Assembly (NCBI GenBank): GCA_009103225.1 | Contig: RHPI01003488.1 | Coordinates: 497,803 to 561,802, forward strand | Reading direction: 5' to 3' | Source of the DNA: Chlorokybus atmophyticus | Lineage: Eukaryota > Plantae > Mesostigma and Chlorokybus algae | DNA: 64,000 bases | Shown: positions 36,081 through 50,496 of the stretch, one piece after another | Numbering within the stretch: the first letter of the stretch is position 1 | How the letters are laid out: each line of letters begins with the position of its first letter | Notes under the pieces: generated by a model | The model's input: only the letters and a program-made list of their open reading frames with translations | Told to the model about the DNA's origin: nothing | The model's database searches: none | Position numbers and translations under genes: made by a program

Positions 36081-37293
36081 CGCGCGCTCTAAAGTCTCTG
36101 GACATGTTGTTTTGAGCGCAACAATTGATCGGGGCAACCGTTACTTGTGACAATATGATGGTTGCATGACAGCAAAGACGCAGCGTGTAGCATCTTGGCT
36201 ACAGCAAAGGCCCAACAAGCTGCACCACCACCACCGCAATGTTCCATCATCAGTAACTTTAGTGACATGCTTAAGCAAAGAACGTGACAATGTGTCAAGA
36301 ATAGCGTAAGCCTGCATTCTGCCCAATCATCGCACCAATGCAAAGCTGCTAGCGAAACACGTACTCTTTGAGTATTGTGTATCTCACTATGGTAAAGATG
36401 CCGCCTTCCTCTTTCATGCAACAACGGGTACCTATGCTTACGCTGGGTCTGTTGGGTTGGTTTCTTGATGCTGAAAGAGCAGCGGTGGGGGCAGTGTTAG
36501 CAGTTTTGACTTTGAGCTTGCAGCAATGTGTCCCCAACATGCAGCGGAGCCTCTGCCCAATCCCTTCCCCCTAGACGAGCAATCAAACTCCTTCCCGCCG
36601 CTGCCGCCGCCGCCTGAGGGTCGCTCTGCAACGGCTTGTTTTCAAACTTCACATTGCGCACTTGTGTGATCTCTGCTGGTTTTTGGCTGTCTTCCTAGCA
36701 GGCAGTAGGATAGTTAGGCGGCGGCGGCGGCGGCGGCGGCGGCGAACATCCATAGCTGGCGAATCCTGCTGGTGAAGGCGTCTCGCATGCATGTCTGGTG
36801 ATTGGTGGCCGCTCCAGGGGGTGGGGCGGTGGCGGCAACGGCAGTGTCAAAGCAGCCTTGAGCAGCAGAAGGTATGATACGGCTGATGCCAGTATGGTGA
36901 GAATTTCTGTGTAGTTTGTATGATTGCAGTGCAGACGAGACGTTTTCTCTCCTTGTGCATGACACTGGCCCTGCTCCTTGCTTGCACTTTGCGCTGAGCG
37001 CATGCGTTGAGTCTGATGTCTCCCGTGGTTGCAAGTGTCCTGGTTGCAGGAACTTGCATGCTCAACAACACGCTCTCTTTGCACGTCTATTGAAGGCAAA
37101 GCGTATGTGGTCTTGTTACCACCCAAATGATCAAAGCGTATCCTATGTTACATGCGACAGTTAGTATCACTATGCATCTCCGTTTCAGACATTGGTTTGC
37201 CTGGTAGGTCTCTACGATTGTCGTCCAATCCGCCTGTAGTTTGGCCGTAGACTGTAATGCGAGTGTCCACTTGCTACCAAGTTGGTTATCTGA

Positions 37294-38451
<1,158 letters not shown>

Positions 38452-39544
38452 CTACTTTTGTAGTGCACACTGCTACCGCAGTAAGTAGACCGAGACCAGC
38501 TACATTTGGCTTCACAGTCGCCATACGTTCAGTGCTTGTCAACCGTATTGCATCAGCCAAAGACATGTATCTTGCGCAAAGTGCAGCGGGCGGCACTTAT
38601 GTTGCGTGCATATGCACCACACATTGGTGAATAGTTCAGGCAAAAGTTGTGTCACCGCTATTGCTGGTACCAGTGCTGCAAAGGAATGCAGCCTTGCTGG
38701 GGCACCTGGGGCAAGCCATGCTCAACGTCGCGGCAGGGCCTTGTTGTTACATGATTGTTGGCGTCTTATGCCAGTTTATCAACCGTGCTGGTTTCACATA
38801 TGAACAAACGTGTTGCAGCTGGCACACAGCAGTACAGCACTGGTCTTGTGGCGATGTTAGACAAGCGCAATGTGCCTACTTAAGCAGCCAAGATTAGGCT
38901 AGCCTCACAGTGCAAGTTGTGCAAATGCGTGCAAACAAGACACAAAGGTATGATGGCATGCCCACAACCACGCAAATAAGATCAATCTATTTGCTAACGT
39001 CAACATGCTTGCATGAAAACCGCACAACGCGACACTCAACTTCCGCTGCAACAAAGATCGCTTGCTATGGAAGGGAGGGAGCTCGACGTACAACTGCATG
39101 TGCAAGGTGCTGTTGCAGAAGTGTACTGCCGGTAGGAGCCAATGTTAACAGTGGTGCCTGACTTCTTGGCGTTGTTGTTATGGGCATGCACCTGCACTCA
39201 ACTGAGCATATGGATGTGCCTTTATTGCGGTCGCATCAAGGCATGTGTACTGCATGAGCGCACCACATATCTGGCTGGCATGAATAACTTAACATAAAGC
39301 AATGCTGTACAGTGTTCAGCAGCTAGCCAGCAAATTGAAAGAGAATGATGTGTGCCACATCATGTGGCACAGACATGGCAGCATGCCGTAGGTACTAGCT
39401 TGTGAATGTTCATGCTGGCTAAGCTGTTGCTTTGTTCCCACCTGATGTGCCTTTCTTGTTGCTGCAACAAACTCAGAATGAATGAATGAATGTGCAACAG
39501 CCCACCACAACGAGGACAACCCCGACAGCGCTTATGCACCTTGT

Positions 39545-41925
39545 TGTACTCTGGCGACGGGCACCGCCGGAGGTCACTGGTTGTGCAAATGCTTGCAGCC
39601 TTGGAAAGTCTTCAGGAAAACGGTTGGTATTCTTCGTTGCCCGCGGGCCGACCAGTCCTTTGATCACAGCTACATCGTAGGCCATTGCAGCAACGTGTTC
39701 CTGCTTGTGGTAACCCAAGATCCTGAGGCAGAGTAAGTCTGTCAAAGCACTTATCACAATTGGCCAAGGTGTTTTGCATATGTGCTCACTGGTACTCTGC
39801 GCTTTTGCGGTCTCGAATGCACGCAAACCACACTGCCATCTCGGGGTCCCAAAACACTCCGTCGTACTTGGAAGTGCGTGCTGGTACGCCAGGCATAAAG
39901 GGGCTCAGGGTTACAAAAGGAAAGCAATCTTTAGTACGAGCACAGCTGCACACAACCTCAACTCACGTTCTGGCAGGTCTTCGCTGTCAGTCCCTATATC
40001 GCTGCCAGCATCGTCACGCTGGCTTGGCAGTAAGGATGAAGAGCGACGTCGTGACTGCTTGGTTGCTGGCTTTTGCTTGCGTTCACTAAATGGGGAGTAG
40101 CGTGTGCAGTTTGTCCAGCAGACAGCACTAGTTGCTGATTGTGCGTAGCCGCTTACCATGCCTCAGGTGTTGCTGGTGCGAGCTTGGCCCGTTTTGGCTG
40201 CGCGCGCTGGCCTGATCTAGTGACCCCTGAAGTTCCACACCAGTATAGCTGAAGGAATCGCCCTGGCAGCAGTTATACAGGACTGCATGCAAGGTATGAA
40301 ACTCACGACCAACTTGGTTACATACTTTTCAGGCATGTTGAGATAGGCGACTTGCTGCCTCCAGCATGACGCAGGTTGTAGCTGTGCGGGCTGTCACACC
40401 TGTCAGGCAAGCATATCAAGTGCCATGCGGTCGTCATCAGTGGCATTGCTGTACCTGTCTGATTCTGCTCTTGCCAGGTTCTGCTGCGCTCTGCGTATCG
40501 GCCTGCGAACTTCACAGACACGTTGGGTTGAGAGAGACAGTCACTCTGGCCTTTGTCGCGAGTATGTAACCACGCATGCGCAGGTGGCAGAGTATGTAGT
40601 CAACAAGTATTGCCACTACGCCTTTGCCTGTAGCAGAAAAGCTAGACCGCTGCAAACACGAATGTTACCATCATGGGCTGTTCCCGCTACGCCTGTGGCC
40701 TTGCCTGCCCCTTGTCGCACATGTTCACCCTCTACTGCTTCTTTCTCGCCATCGGGATGTACTTTGGTTGTTACAGCATGATTATCGATTGGGTTCCGCC
40801 TCTTGCGCGTCACCCGTTGAGCTGCACAACACAGACAATGTCACACGCCTCTAGAATTTGCAACCAACTAAGGATCATGATGTCGATTGCATTGGCTTGT
40901 CTGTACCTATGCTCGGAGGAGTGCGCATTATTTCCATAACGAATACGACATCATCGTCGCTGTCATCAACGGCAACAAAGCCATTGAGGTTGTTGTCCTT
41001 CGCTGCAATGGCTTGATCACCGTCCCCAAAGTCCTCACAATAAATGCTTTGGTTTGTGGCGGCAAGCGGACCATCCCTTTCCACGAGTGCCTGGCACACA
41101 ACGCAGCATTGAGTACTGCTTCCCATGCTTGGTTCTTATAGCGCGACAACAGCTGAGGGCTTACCTTGTCATAGGCTAGGGCAGCTTCCTGCTGTGTGGC
41201 GAAGCAACCAATATAGCGACGAGCGCTATCTCTTAGGTGTATGCTCGACACCCATGGTTTTGGAGCCTTGGGCCGGTTTTTGCCATAGAAGTAGACGCCC
41301 CTATACTTGGTGTAACCCCCTGTGGGTGCCACTGGTTGGTGTACAAAGATGGTATACTTGACTAATGTGCATGCTAGTGGCGTCCATGCATGCTTGCCAG
41401 CCCGTGTGTAAGACATAAGACAATGCTGTCTATGAGTGATCTCTCGCTTAATCCATAAGGACAACTGAACACTATCAATGACCTTATGATCGGGATTTGA
41501 CAAGTGACAAGGGAACAAGAATCCAATCATTGATGCTTACACACCATCAGTAGCCTCCATGCCTACATCCTCACATGTCACGTGTTGTGCACATGAACAG
41601 GCAATGCTGCATGCACAGCTGCTCTGTTGCAGTCCTTGAGATCGCTTAAACCAAAATAAACTGCAACCGGGACATGCTCTCGTGAAACGATGGACAAGCC
41701 CGCGACCACTGCTGCTTGCTAGCACTCCCTTGCAGATGCATTGACAAATACACGACCGTATGCAACCTCAACTACAACTCCACGCCGTATTGAGAATGGT
41801 CACTGGCAAGCAGGCCACTTCCGGCGTTTGGTCTTGCATCCTCAACAGCTGCATTGCCACTTGAACGACGGAGTGTCTCAGCAAGCTACCACTCACCCAA
41901 GATGTCACTTACGTTTGTGCGGCAT
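39545..41925 (-). pseudogene. Multi-AP2-domain gene, copy A (decayed; two AP2 domains)
   Basis: TKYRGVYFYGKNRPKAPKPWVSSIHLRDSARRYIGCFATQQEAALAYDK|ALVERDGPLAATN and RTSKYDGVFWDPEMAVWFACIRDRK|ILGYHKQEHVAAMAYDVAVIK...TNRF. Linker exons contain stops. Confidence 0.8.
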
Positions 41926-42455
41926 CGTCCTCGTTCCGCCACCGCCGCAAGCACGATGACTTTGGAAGGCAGCTTTAATTTAAGTTAAGCTTGGGCAGGG
42001 CAGCGCAGAGCAGCTGAGCTTATCCAGCCCGGCAGTCCAAGCCATACATGTACTGGCGCCCGTGCATGCAGGCGCCTCTGACAGCGTCGTACCAACCATG
42101 ACAGCGTTGGCTACGGCGCTGTTGCCGGAAACGCCGACGAGTCGGTGCTTAGAAAATCCCAATGTAGTGCACTGTCCGCAATTTGCCGTCCATCGACACT
42201 GTTGGCATCGGCCGACGAAGTCCGTGAAAACGCACACAGTCTCAACGACCGTGTTGCTATGGTCGATTGAGATTCTGAATCGACCATGTCAATACTAGTG
42301 GGGATCCGTGGAGCTCCCGCATTGTCCATTTTATTATGTATCACCTTCAATGAACATCAGTCATGTTGGGCAACCTGTCATGACTTTGCCAAAGGTGCAT
42401 GCAAACGCTTGCGCGTGTGAATAATATATTATACAAAAATTGTGCACATGTATGT

Positions 42456-42975
42456 ATGCAAGTCAATGCACACAAGTCTTTTGTGCTTAAAACTTGCTGT
42501 GCATAGGTTGTGCTGGTGTCCCAGTGCTGGTATACAGTTCTTGTGTACAGACTTTGTCGTTGATGCTGACTAAGGCCTATGCTAACGGGTCAATTCGGCA
42601 CAGGCAGAATGCCTGCAGCCATTCTGTGTACGGTGGTCTCATGTTGCGGCAGGGATATCAGAACAGGAGAGGCATGGCGGCGAGAGTCCAATCAGTCAGC
42701 GTCGTCGTCGTCTGCGATGCTGTCGTGAACACCTGCTGCTGCTTCACCAGACTTGATGCCCACGCCTCTGTTGCGCAGGTGGTGATCCCCCTTGTTATGT
42801 CTGTTCTGCCCTGCCTGCCTCTCCATTGCGTTGGTTGTGTTGTGTTGGTAGGGTCCCAACTTTTAGAGTTTGTTGTAATGTAAAAGCTGTCTAGGCCCCC
42901 ACCCAAATTGATGCAAGCGTGTGTGTAAGTGTGCATTTGTTTTCATCATTTTGCTTTATATATATCGGCTATGAA
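42456..42975 (+). repeat. 5' pseudo-LTR of element B (direct repeat of 46411-46965)
   Basis: Colinear ~520 bp repeat, e.g. GATGCTGACTAAGGCCTAT and GGTAGGGTCCCAA are present in both copies. Confidence 0.92.
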
Positions 42976-45900
42976 TCCTGATTGACTCAAGCGCGTTGCC
43001 ACATGCCCACGCCTTAATCCCATTGCCAGAGCCCGCCCAAGGCAGGTCACTCGGGCCATGCACTTAGTTGGTTTGGCATCAATGTGCATTGTGGTGTGGC
43101 TGTGCATTGCTTGCGGTATTGCAAAACTTGCAGTAGGGGGCCTGGTACAGATTTGTGCACAATTGTATACATTTATCGGTGTGTAAGTGCTGCTGGCATC
43201 CCATTGGACAACGCCCTATCCATACCTGAAGATTGGGATGCCTAGCGCCGCCGTATTCTGCAAGTGCCCAGCTACTTTGAGCCTCTCCAGTTTACAACAG
43301 ATACATGATAAACACATGTTTCATCTGCATATCGCTGAAACGCTGGACCCCTTGACAGATACGCATGTGATATATGTTATGTATCCAACTTCCAAATACA
43401 AAAAGTAGTATGTGGGTCTTACTGCTCTAGCTGCTTTCGAGCATTTTAAGTTGCATGCACAAGCGGCAAACCAACCAACGGTTACACCTTTAGAGAAGGG
43501 TATGCTAACGTGGGGCTGGACGCTTGGGGTATTACACCGATTCACAAATCTTCATTACGCCGTTTGCCGACGACGCAGCTTGGCGCAAAGCAGCCCGTGA
43601 GCATGAACGCGAATGGATCCAACTTTTATGGATTGCTTGCCCACGGGGCTACAACTTCGAGGCCAAGGGCTCCACAAGGTCACGTAATCTTAGATCACGT
43701 GCACGTGTGGCAGTAAGACACAGAGTGCAACCAGTACAACATGTTGCACTGCCTGCGCAAGCGCTTGTTCCACGCCAATTCGGATATCGTAATTATACCA
43801 AAAGGTTATAGCATTAGTCGTGCATGCAGCGCGGCTCTTTCACTATTAACATGCTCAAGGAGTACAAACGAAAGAACTTGTTTCGCATGCTTAATCCATT
43901 GCTAACAAGACAGCCTGTGGAGTTGAGTTTGGAAGATCGCAGTGCCACACCCTTGATCAAAGCGTTAAGAAGGCAACCGTGTTCCTGTCAACTACACGCA
44001 GCAACACACAAACAACCGCAAGGGATGGTAATTCACTGCACATTCTCAAGTGCAGTGGCTAACCTCTTGCATTTGACAGGGTGTATGACGGCTGCCGCGT
44101 CCCAACTACTAGACCATGTGCAGCAAACTTTCGTACAACCCATGGTGCTCTAAACATACAAGAACACCCTTAGTCGAGCCGTCTGCAATAGGTCAGCAGT
44201 GACATGTTTGACTTTGTATGTGCAACAGTCTGTGCTGGATGCAGAGTGTGTATGTTATGCACCGCATCTTGCTGCCCATTCGCATACTCAACTATGACAT
44301 GTGGTGGGTTGCGACTATGCTATGTTTCAGTCACCAACGTGGCGCAGCTACCAACAGCAGGGATAAAGTACCGACCCCAGGCAGCACCATGCATGGAGTC
44401 GTGTGTCATGGCTGTTATGTTAGCTGTGTGGGAATTTAAAGAGGTGATGGATAACAAGCACAATCAGCCCGGACTCTTCACCGAGTGGGGATTAGCGGTA
44501 GTGAAGGCATTGAGGGAGAATTTAAATGCCAACAACAACCTTCCAAAGGTCCCAGCTCCTACGTATGAAGCAATTAATTGCCGGTTGGTAAGGGAACTGC
44601 ATGATTTTTTTGTATATACGGAAGTAGACAAGTGTAGCGGAGTGTTTGCTATAATGTGCAAATGATACTATTGACATTGTTACGTGCTCAGCTGGACAAA
44701 GGCATGTACACACTCGTGGAAGAGAACAGATTGGCAGTGTTGCAACGACATGCCATCTTGAACCATGAGCATGCGTATCAGTAGGTGCATGCAGGTGCTG
44801 CTAAACTACTGCATCTGTGACATGACGTTGAAGCTACACGAAGACACCCCCTCCCCCCCAGCTGGCACACNNNNNNNNNNNNNNNNNNNNNNNNNNNNNN
44901 NNNNNNNNNNNNNNNNNNNNNNNNNNNNNNNNNNNNNNNNNNNNNNNNNNNNNNNNNNNNNNNNNNNNNNNNNNNNNNNNNNNNNNNNNNNNNNNNNNNN
45001 NNNNNNNNNNNNNNNNNNNNNNNNNNNNNNNNNNNNNNNNNNNNNNNNNNNNNNNNNNNNNNNNNNNNNNNNNNNNNNNNNNNNNNNNNNNNNNNNNNNN
45101 NNNNNNNNNNNNNNNNNNNNNNNNNNNNNNNNNNNNNNNCCCCCCCCCCCCCCCCCCCCCCCGCGCCCCAGGTTTATTGCTGCATCTTGTGACACGTTAC
45201 TCATATCAGCTAGTGTTTGGCTAACCAGAGCATACAAGTGCATAATGGCATTGTTTCACTTGTTGTGGGCGGAGACAATGCAGATGCCAGGTTACACACC
45301 AGCTAAGTTCAAAAGGATTCGCTGGGCGTGATGAATCCGGTGCAACGCTGCAACACCACACGCTCGCAGCAAGATAAGCACCAGCCCATGCTTGTGCACG
45401 CATATGACTTTGCCAACTAGTATACAACTTGAGGCATGAAGAGTTGCTAGTTTGCATGCGCGACTTGGTGGCAGCGATCTTTGATTGTGCCAGATGTACA
45501 CACAACAGGGCTAACACTTATTATGTGACATTCCACAACGGTAACACCACACATGTGTGGGGATGTGGCCGTAACATTGCCAACTTGCAGGAAGGTCAAA
45601 CACGTGTGTTTGACAAGCACATGTTGCATGAAATATTGACGTAACTGATTACTAACTTGTATGTCCAGACTGCCGCAGATGAGCTACACCAGCAAACTAT
45701 ATGCATACCCATGGGTAACAATGCTGAGGAATGCCTGGCAAACTATCACTTGGGATACTTGGAGTTGAAGTTTGCACGCAAGTTGAAGAGGGCTTTGGGT
45801 GACCATGCTTTACTAGCAAAGATGGCAACAAGTGTGTTGAGGTTTGTGGATGATTTATTGATGGTCAATGTGCCTGATTGTGCGGAGTTTATGCATAAGT

Positions 45901-46410
45901 CCCCACCTGCACTGGCTGGAGGCATATACCCACAGCGCATTTTTACACCAATTGAGTCCTCAACAGGCAATTCCGTCTCATTCTTGGATGTTTTGCTGTT
46001 CTAGACAACTGGTGTGGGCTTGTGCACACGGATCTACAGCACACTAACATTGCCTCAATTGACCACCATCCCTCGGCGACGGGCGCCACATCCACAGAGC
46101 AATATTGCAAGAGTCTTGAAGATGGGAGTGGTAGTCTCACAGTGTATCCGTTCTTGCGTTAGTCAACATACGCTCACACTTCCTCAATGACACGCTAGAC
46201 TTGTTGAATGCTATGATGGCTCCGGGGTATAACAAGCAGCAGCTGTTGGGAGCGTTGTGCAAGTGGATGTCTCGTCAGCAGGGGATCATCTACGGTGGTA
46301 CCCACGGATATCTGTACCACCTCGTGCACGGAAGGTTGCAACAGGCTGCCTGAGGTAACTTGAGGTGAGTGTACAGGTAAGATAAGTGCGGGGAGCAGGT
46401 TACCGTCCGC

Positions 46411-46965
46411 ATGCAAGTCAACGCACACAATGTTGTAATTGAACTTGCTGTGCATAGGTGGTGCTGTGTCCACTGCTAGTATATAGTGCTTGTGTGTATA
46501 GAACTTGTCGTTGATGCTGACTAAGGCCTATACTAACGGACTAATTTAGTTGGCACAGTGCCTGCATCCATTGTGTGTGCGGTCGTCTCATGTTGCGGCA
46601 GGGATATGAGGACAGGAGAGGCATGGCGGCGTTGTGGGGGTCCAGTCAGTCAGCGTCGTCGTCGTTTGCGTTGCTGTCGTGGACACCTGCTGTTGCTTCA
46701 CCGGACTTGACGCCCACGCCTCTGCTGCGCAGGTGGTGATCCTCCCTACTGTGTCTGTTCTGCCCTGCCTGCCTGCCTCTCTTCAGCATTAATTGTGTTG
46801 TGTTGTGGTTGATGTTGGTAGGGTCCCAAGTCCTAGAGTTGGTTGTATTGTAAAAGCTGTCTGTGGGCCCCCACCCAAATTAATTTAATGCAAGCGTGTG
46901 TATGAGTGTGCATTTGTTTTTCATCCTTTTGCTTTATATGTATGTGTGACATTAATAATGAATTC
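46411..46965 (+). repeat. 3' pseudo-LTR of element B
   Basis: Second copy of the 42456-42975 repeat. Confidence 0.92.
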
Positions 46966-49014
46966 AGCCCATTTTTATACAATTGATCAGCACGAAAAGG
47001 TACTGCATTTTATGTGTGATCGCACACATGCACAACTATCAGAAGACTTGCACCAATATACAAATTATGCGGTGTTGCTGGTGTATGCACGCGCATGCGT
47101 GTGGCATTTGTTTTTTACTTTGCACGCCTACATGTGAATTGACATTGTGCGGTGATGTTAATAGCACGACGCAACGCAACGCACTACAATATAGGATATC
47201 AGACACCACTGCAACATTACATCTCACAACCACATCCAATATTACGAAAGTAGTGGAGTTTCCTAGTGCTACGTACTCCACCTATGTACTCTACCTGCTC
47301 CTACCACAACAATCTCGCCTAGGCAACCAATGCATGCCAAGCGCCCTGTGATTAACGTGTGTGCTCACCCGTAGCTTGTGCGTGCGCACGGCGTGAGTGC
47401 GCGCATATGTGTGCACATGTATGCATGTGCTCGCTTGTATATGCGTGTGCGTGTGTGTGCACACGTGTGGGTACATGCGTGTATGCTTGTGCAACTGCGG
47501 TAAGGGTGTTGCGAGTCATGTATGTCTGAATGCGTGCACACGCGGTTGCAGCTGCACGTGCATATGCGCCACAGTGTGCATGCGCGCAATCGCTTGTATG
47601 TGTCTCCGTGCAAACGTGTGTGTACATGTGCGTGAAGGCACATGCACATGTACGGGCCTGTGCTTGCAAGAGTGGGTGACGAGAGCAGCTTGTATAACAA
47701 CAACCCACAGGCATGCATGATTCCCCGTGCACATGCATACACGCGTGCATACTTGCACAGTGCACACTAGCTGACCCGCCGCCCTCAACGCCGCCCTGAG
47801 CTGGCTTGGCCCGCCCACGCCGGCCTGAGTGGGTGGGAAGAAAGGGCTTAACGTGGCTGGGCTAACCGTCAGAACGACAGAACACTTCACTGCAAAAGCA
47901 CAATGAGAAGGGGAGGAGGCGTTCCAAGGTGCAAAAGCTGTCAAGTGCTTGCGCGCAAGGCGGCGCGCTGCGCAGCAGTCAAGCTACACCACCACGCACA
48001 ACTCTCTGTCAATCAGTCTGTCAGCCAGTCAGTCTAACACCAACACCCACCCACCCACCCACTCCCCCACCACAAACTCACACCCAATGTCACCGGTCTG
48101 CTGGCAGACTGTCTGTGACTGCACACGCACGCACGCACGCACACACTGACTGCCTGTACACGCGCATGCATGCACTACTGAACCTGCGCATGTGCGCGCG
48201 CAAGCATAACCAACCAAGCCGGGAGGGGAGGAGGCTGTCGCGCTGCCGTTGCAATTCCAATATTGGAGGTGCCGCTGCTGCCTGCATCAACAGGCGGTAG
48301 TGAGAAGAGTGATGAGGGTGGTGGGCGGCAGGCCGAGCTACACTGAGCGTGTGCATGCATGCACACACCAACCCTACACACGCATATGCATGCACACACT
48401 GACTGAACCGGCACACACTCACCAACTGTGCATCCATACGCATGCAACCCATCATCAACAACAGTTACAACACAAAAACATGCCTGACCTGCAGGCGCGC
48501 ACCCCTGTGTGCGCCCTGGTCCGCCCTGGTCACAGGCCTGGCTTGGCCTGGCTGTTACCTGGTTAAGGAAGGGTGAGGGGCGGCAGCAGATGATAAACAC
48601 GACCACAATGAAAACAACAACTACTGTTTCTCCTGCCGCCGCCGCCGCCGCCACCAAGACCTTGACCTCACACCGCCGCCGACCTCGCCGCCCTGCTCGC
48701 CGCAAGCTATGACGGTCGTCTGGAATAACCGCCATGGGATGCGAATTTGGAAACTTGTTAACTTGAAACGCGGTGTCAATCGCGACCCCGCTGCTCAAAG
48801 GGCCGCGCAGTACTGGGCCCTGCCAACCGATGCGGAGGGCACAACATCACCAACAGGTTGCATTGCCATATTACACGCGACACTCGCACCTTGTACACAT
48901 ACGCACATTTCTCACGTAGTAATTAAAGAGAAGAGATGAGAGCAGTGCTAGTCGGGCAATAAAACTTGATGAAATATGTACCGGTACTGCCTTTTTGTTA
49001 CGGCCTTGAGGCGC

Positions 49015-49205
<191 letters not shown>

Positions 49206-49311
49206 CTCCCTCCCGCTCGCTCGCTGCGTGGGCGCGCGTGCGTGCGCGCGTGCGTGCGTATATATGCATACTTAATGGAATATACAAACACTCTCAGGTT
49301 AGTGCGTGCAG

Positions 49312-49450
49312 GTACATGCCATGTGCAGTTTTGATAGGGGCGGTTACGCTGGCGGCGCTCGCGTGCACACCACTGCCCACCACGTGTTTCGTCGCCTCGC
49401 CACCCTTGAGGGCATCTCACGTGCGATTAGCACCATAAGGACTCTCAACT
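49312..49450 (+). pseudogene. Duplicated, frameshifted last exon of the thioredoxin-like gene
   Basis: tgcag|G TAC ATG CCA TGT GCA GTT TTG ATA...ACG CTG GCG GCG CTC GCG = YMPCAVLIGAVTLAALA, versus YVPCAVLLEADTLAALA at 38304+. Confidence 0.85.
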
Positions 49451-50496
49451 GCTTTCAAGGTGTGCGCTTGTAATGGTTTAGTTCTGCTTAAATAAGTGAC
49501 GTTGTGCCTCACCAGTTGTGAGTTACAATGCAACATTCACATGTTCAGCGCATGTCAATAATGATGCAGCAGCCCAATTGAGCTGCTGCATCATTATTGC
49601 GAGACACGTACAGGCGTACATGCCTTGTACTAAAGTGTATCTTGAACAAACCGCAACGAGCAGTGCTTGTGTGTGTGCATATGCATCAGACGTTGGTGGA
49701 TAGTTGTTGGGCAAAAAGCGTGTTACCAGTATGTTGAGGTGATCAAGCAAACGGAATGCATGCAGCCTTGCTGCTGATGCACCTGAAATAAGCCAAGCAC
49801 AACGAGGTTGGCTCAAAGAGTGCGTATAGCCCGGTGGTTGTACATTAATCTCTCAGACTATTGTATAGTATAGTATGCAAGGATTGTGGCATGCATGAGA
49901 ATGTAGCAAACATGCATGCAGTCTGCACACTACACCATCGCACTCTTATATTCACCACCGGGATGTCCAAGTTCACTACTTATCTACCTTCACTACTGCC
50001 CATACCCCGTGCAACACACATGCATGCACGTGTAATTACCTGTACAACACGACCAGGGCAGCGTTAACAACGGTAGTCAGCAGATGTAGCGGTGCAGCAG
50101 TGGCAATGCAGTCAGCAGGCAGCCCATGAGTTCCCTTCCCCTCCCTCTCCCTTCCTCCTTCCCCTCTGTCTCCCTCTCTCTCTTCCTCCCCCTCCTGCTC
50201 CTGTCCCTCCTCCGCCTCTCTCTCCCTCCGCTCCTCCTTCTCTTCTCTTCGGCCGCAGTCGCTGCGACTCGCAACCCTCGGCGCTGCTGATGTGGCAGGG
50301 CCCCTCTGCCATGTCTCCCTCTGGCACACGCATGCAGGGCGATTGCCAGCACTGTCAGCCCTGCGTTGCGCAGTGTCGCTGCTGACGGTTAGGTGTCGGT
50401 GGTGGGGTTGGGTGGTGGGGTTGGTGTCCTCCTTCGTTCGCACGGGCACGCTGTGTTACCAACAGCCTGCTCCCCATGCAGTGCATCTGTCGCTCA

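Larger units (their letters stand above)
42456..46965 (+). mobile_element. Penelope-like element copy B (distinct subfamily): pLTR - GIY-YIG - RT - pLTR, decayed
   Basis: Direct repeats ~42456-42975 and ~46411-46965. HVIYVMY...*YVGLT...EREWIQLLWIACPRGYN (43365-43650), FVYTEVDKCSGVFAIMCK, PRPRFIAASC, QQTICIPMGNNA, FVDD at 45843-45854, SFLDV. Many stops and frameshifts. Confidence 0.92.

Noticed and set aside
43365-43420. Selenocysteine/stop recoding in the retroelement ORFs, as reported for some Naiads
   Set aside because: The interrupting stops are mixed TAG/TAA/TGA at non-shared positions and accompany frameshifts, consistent with decay.
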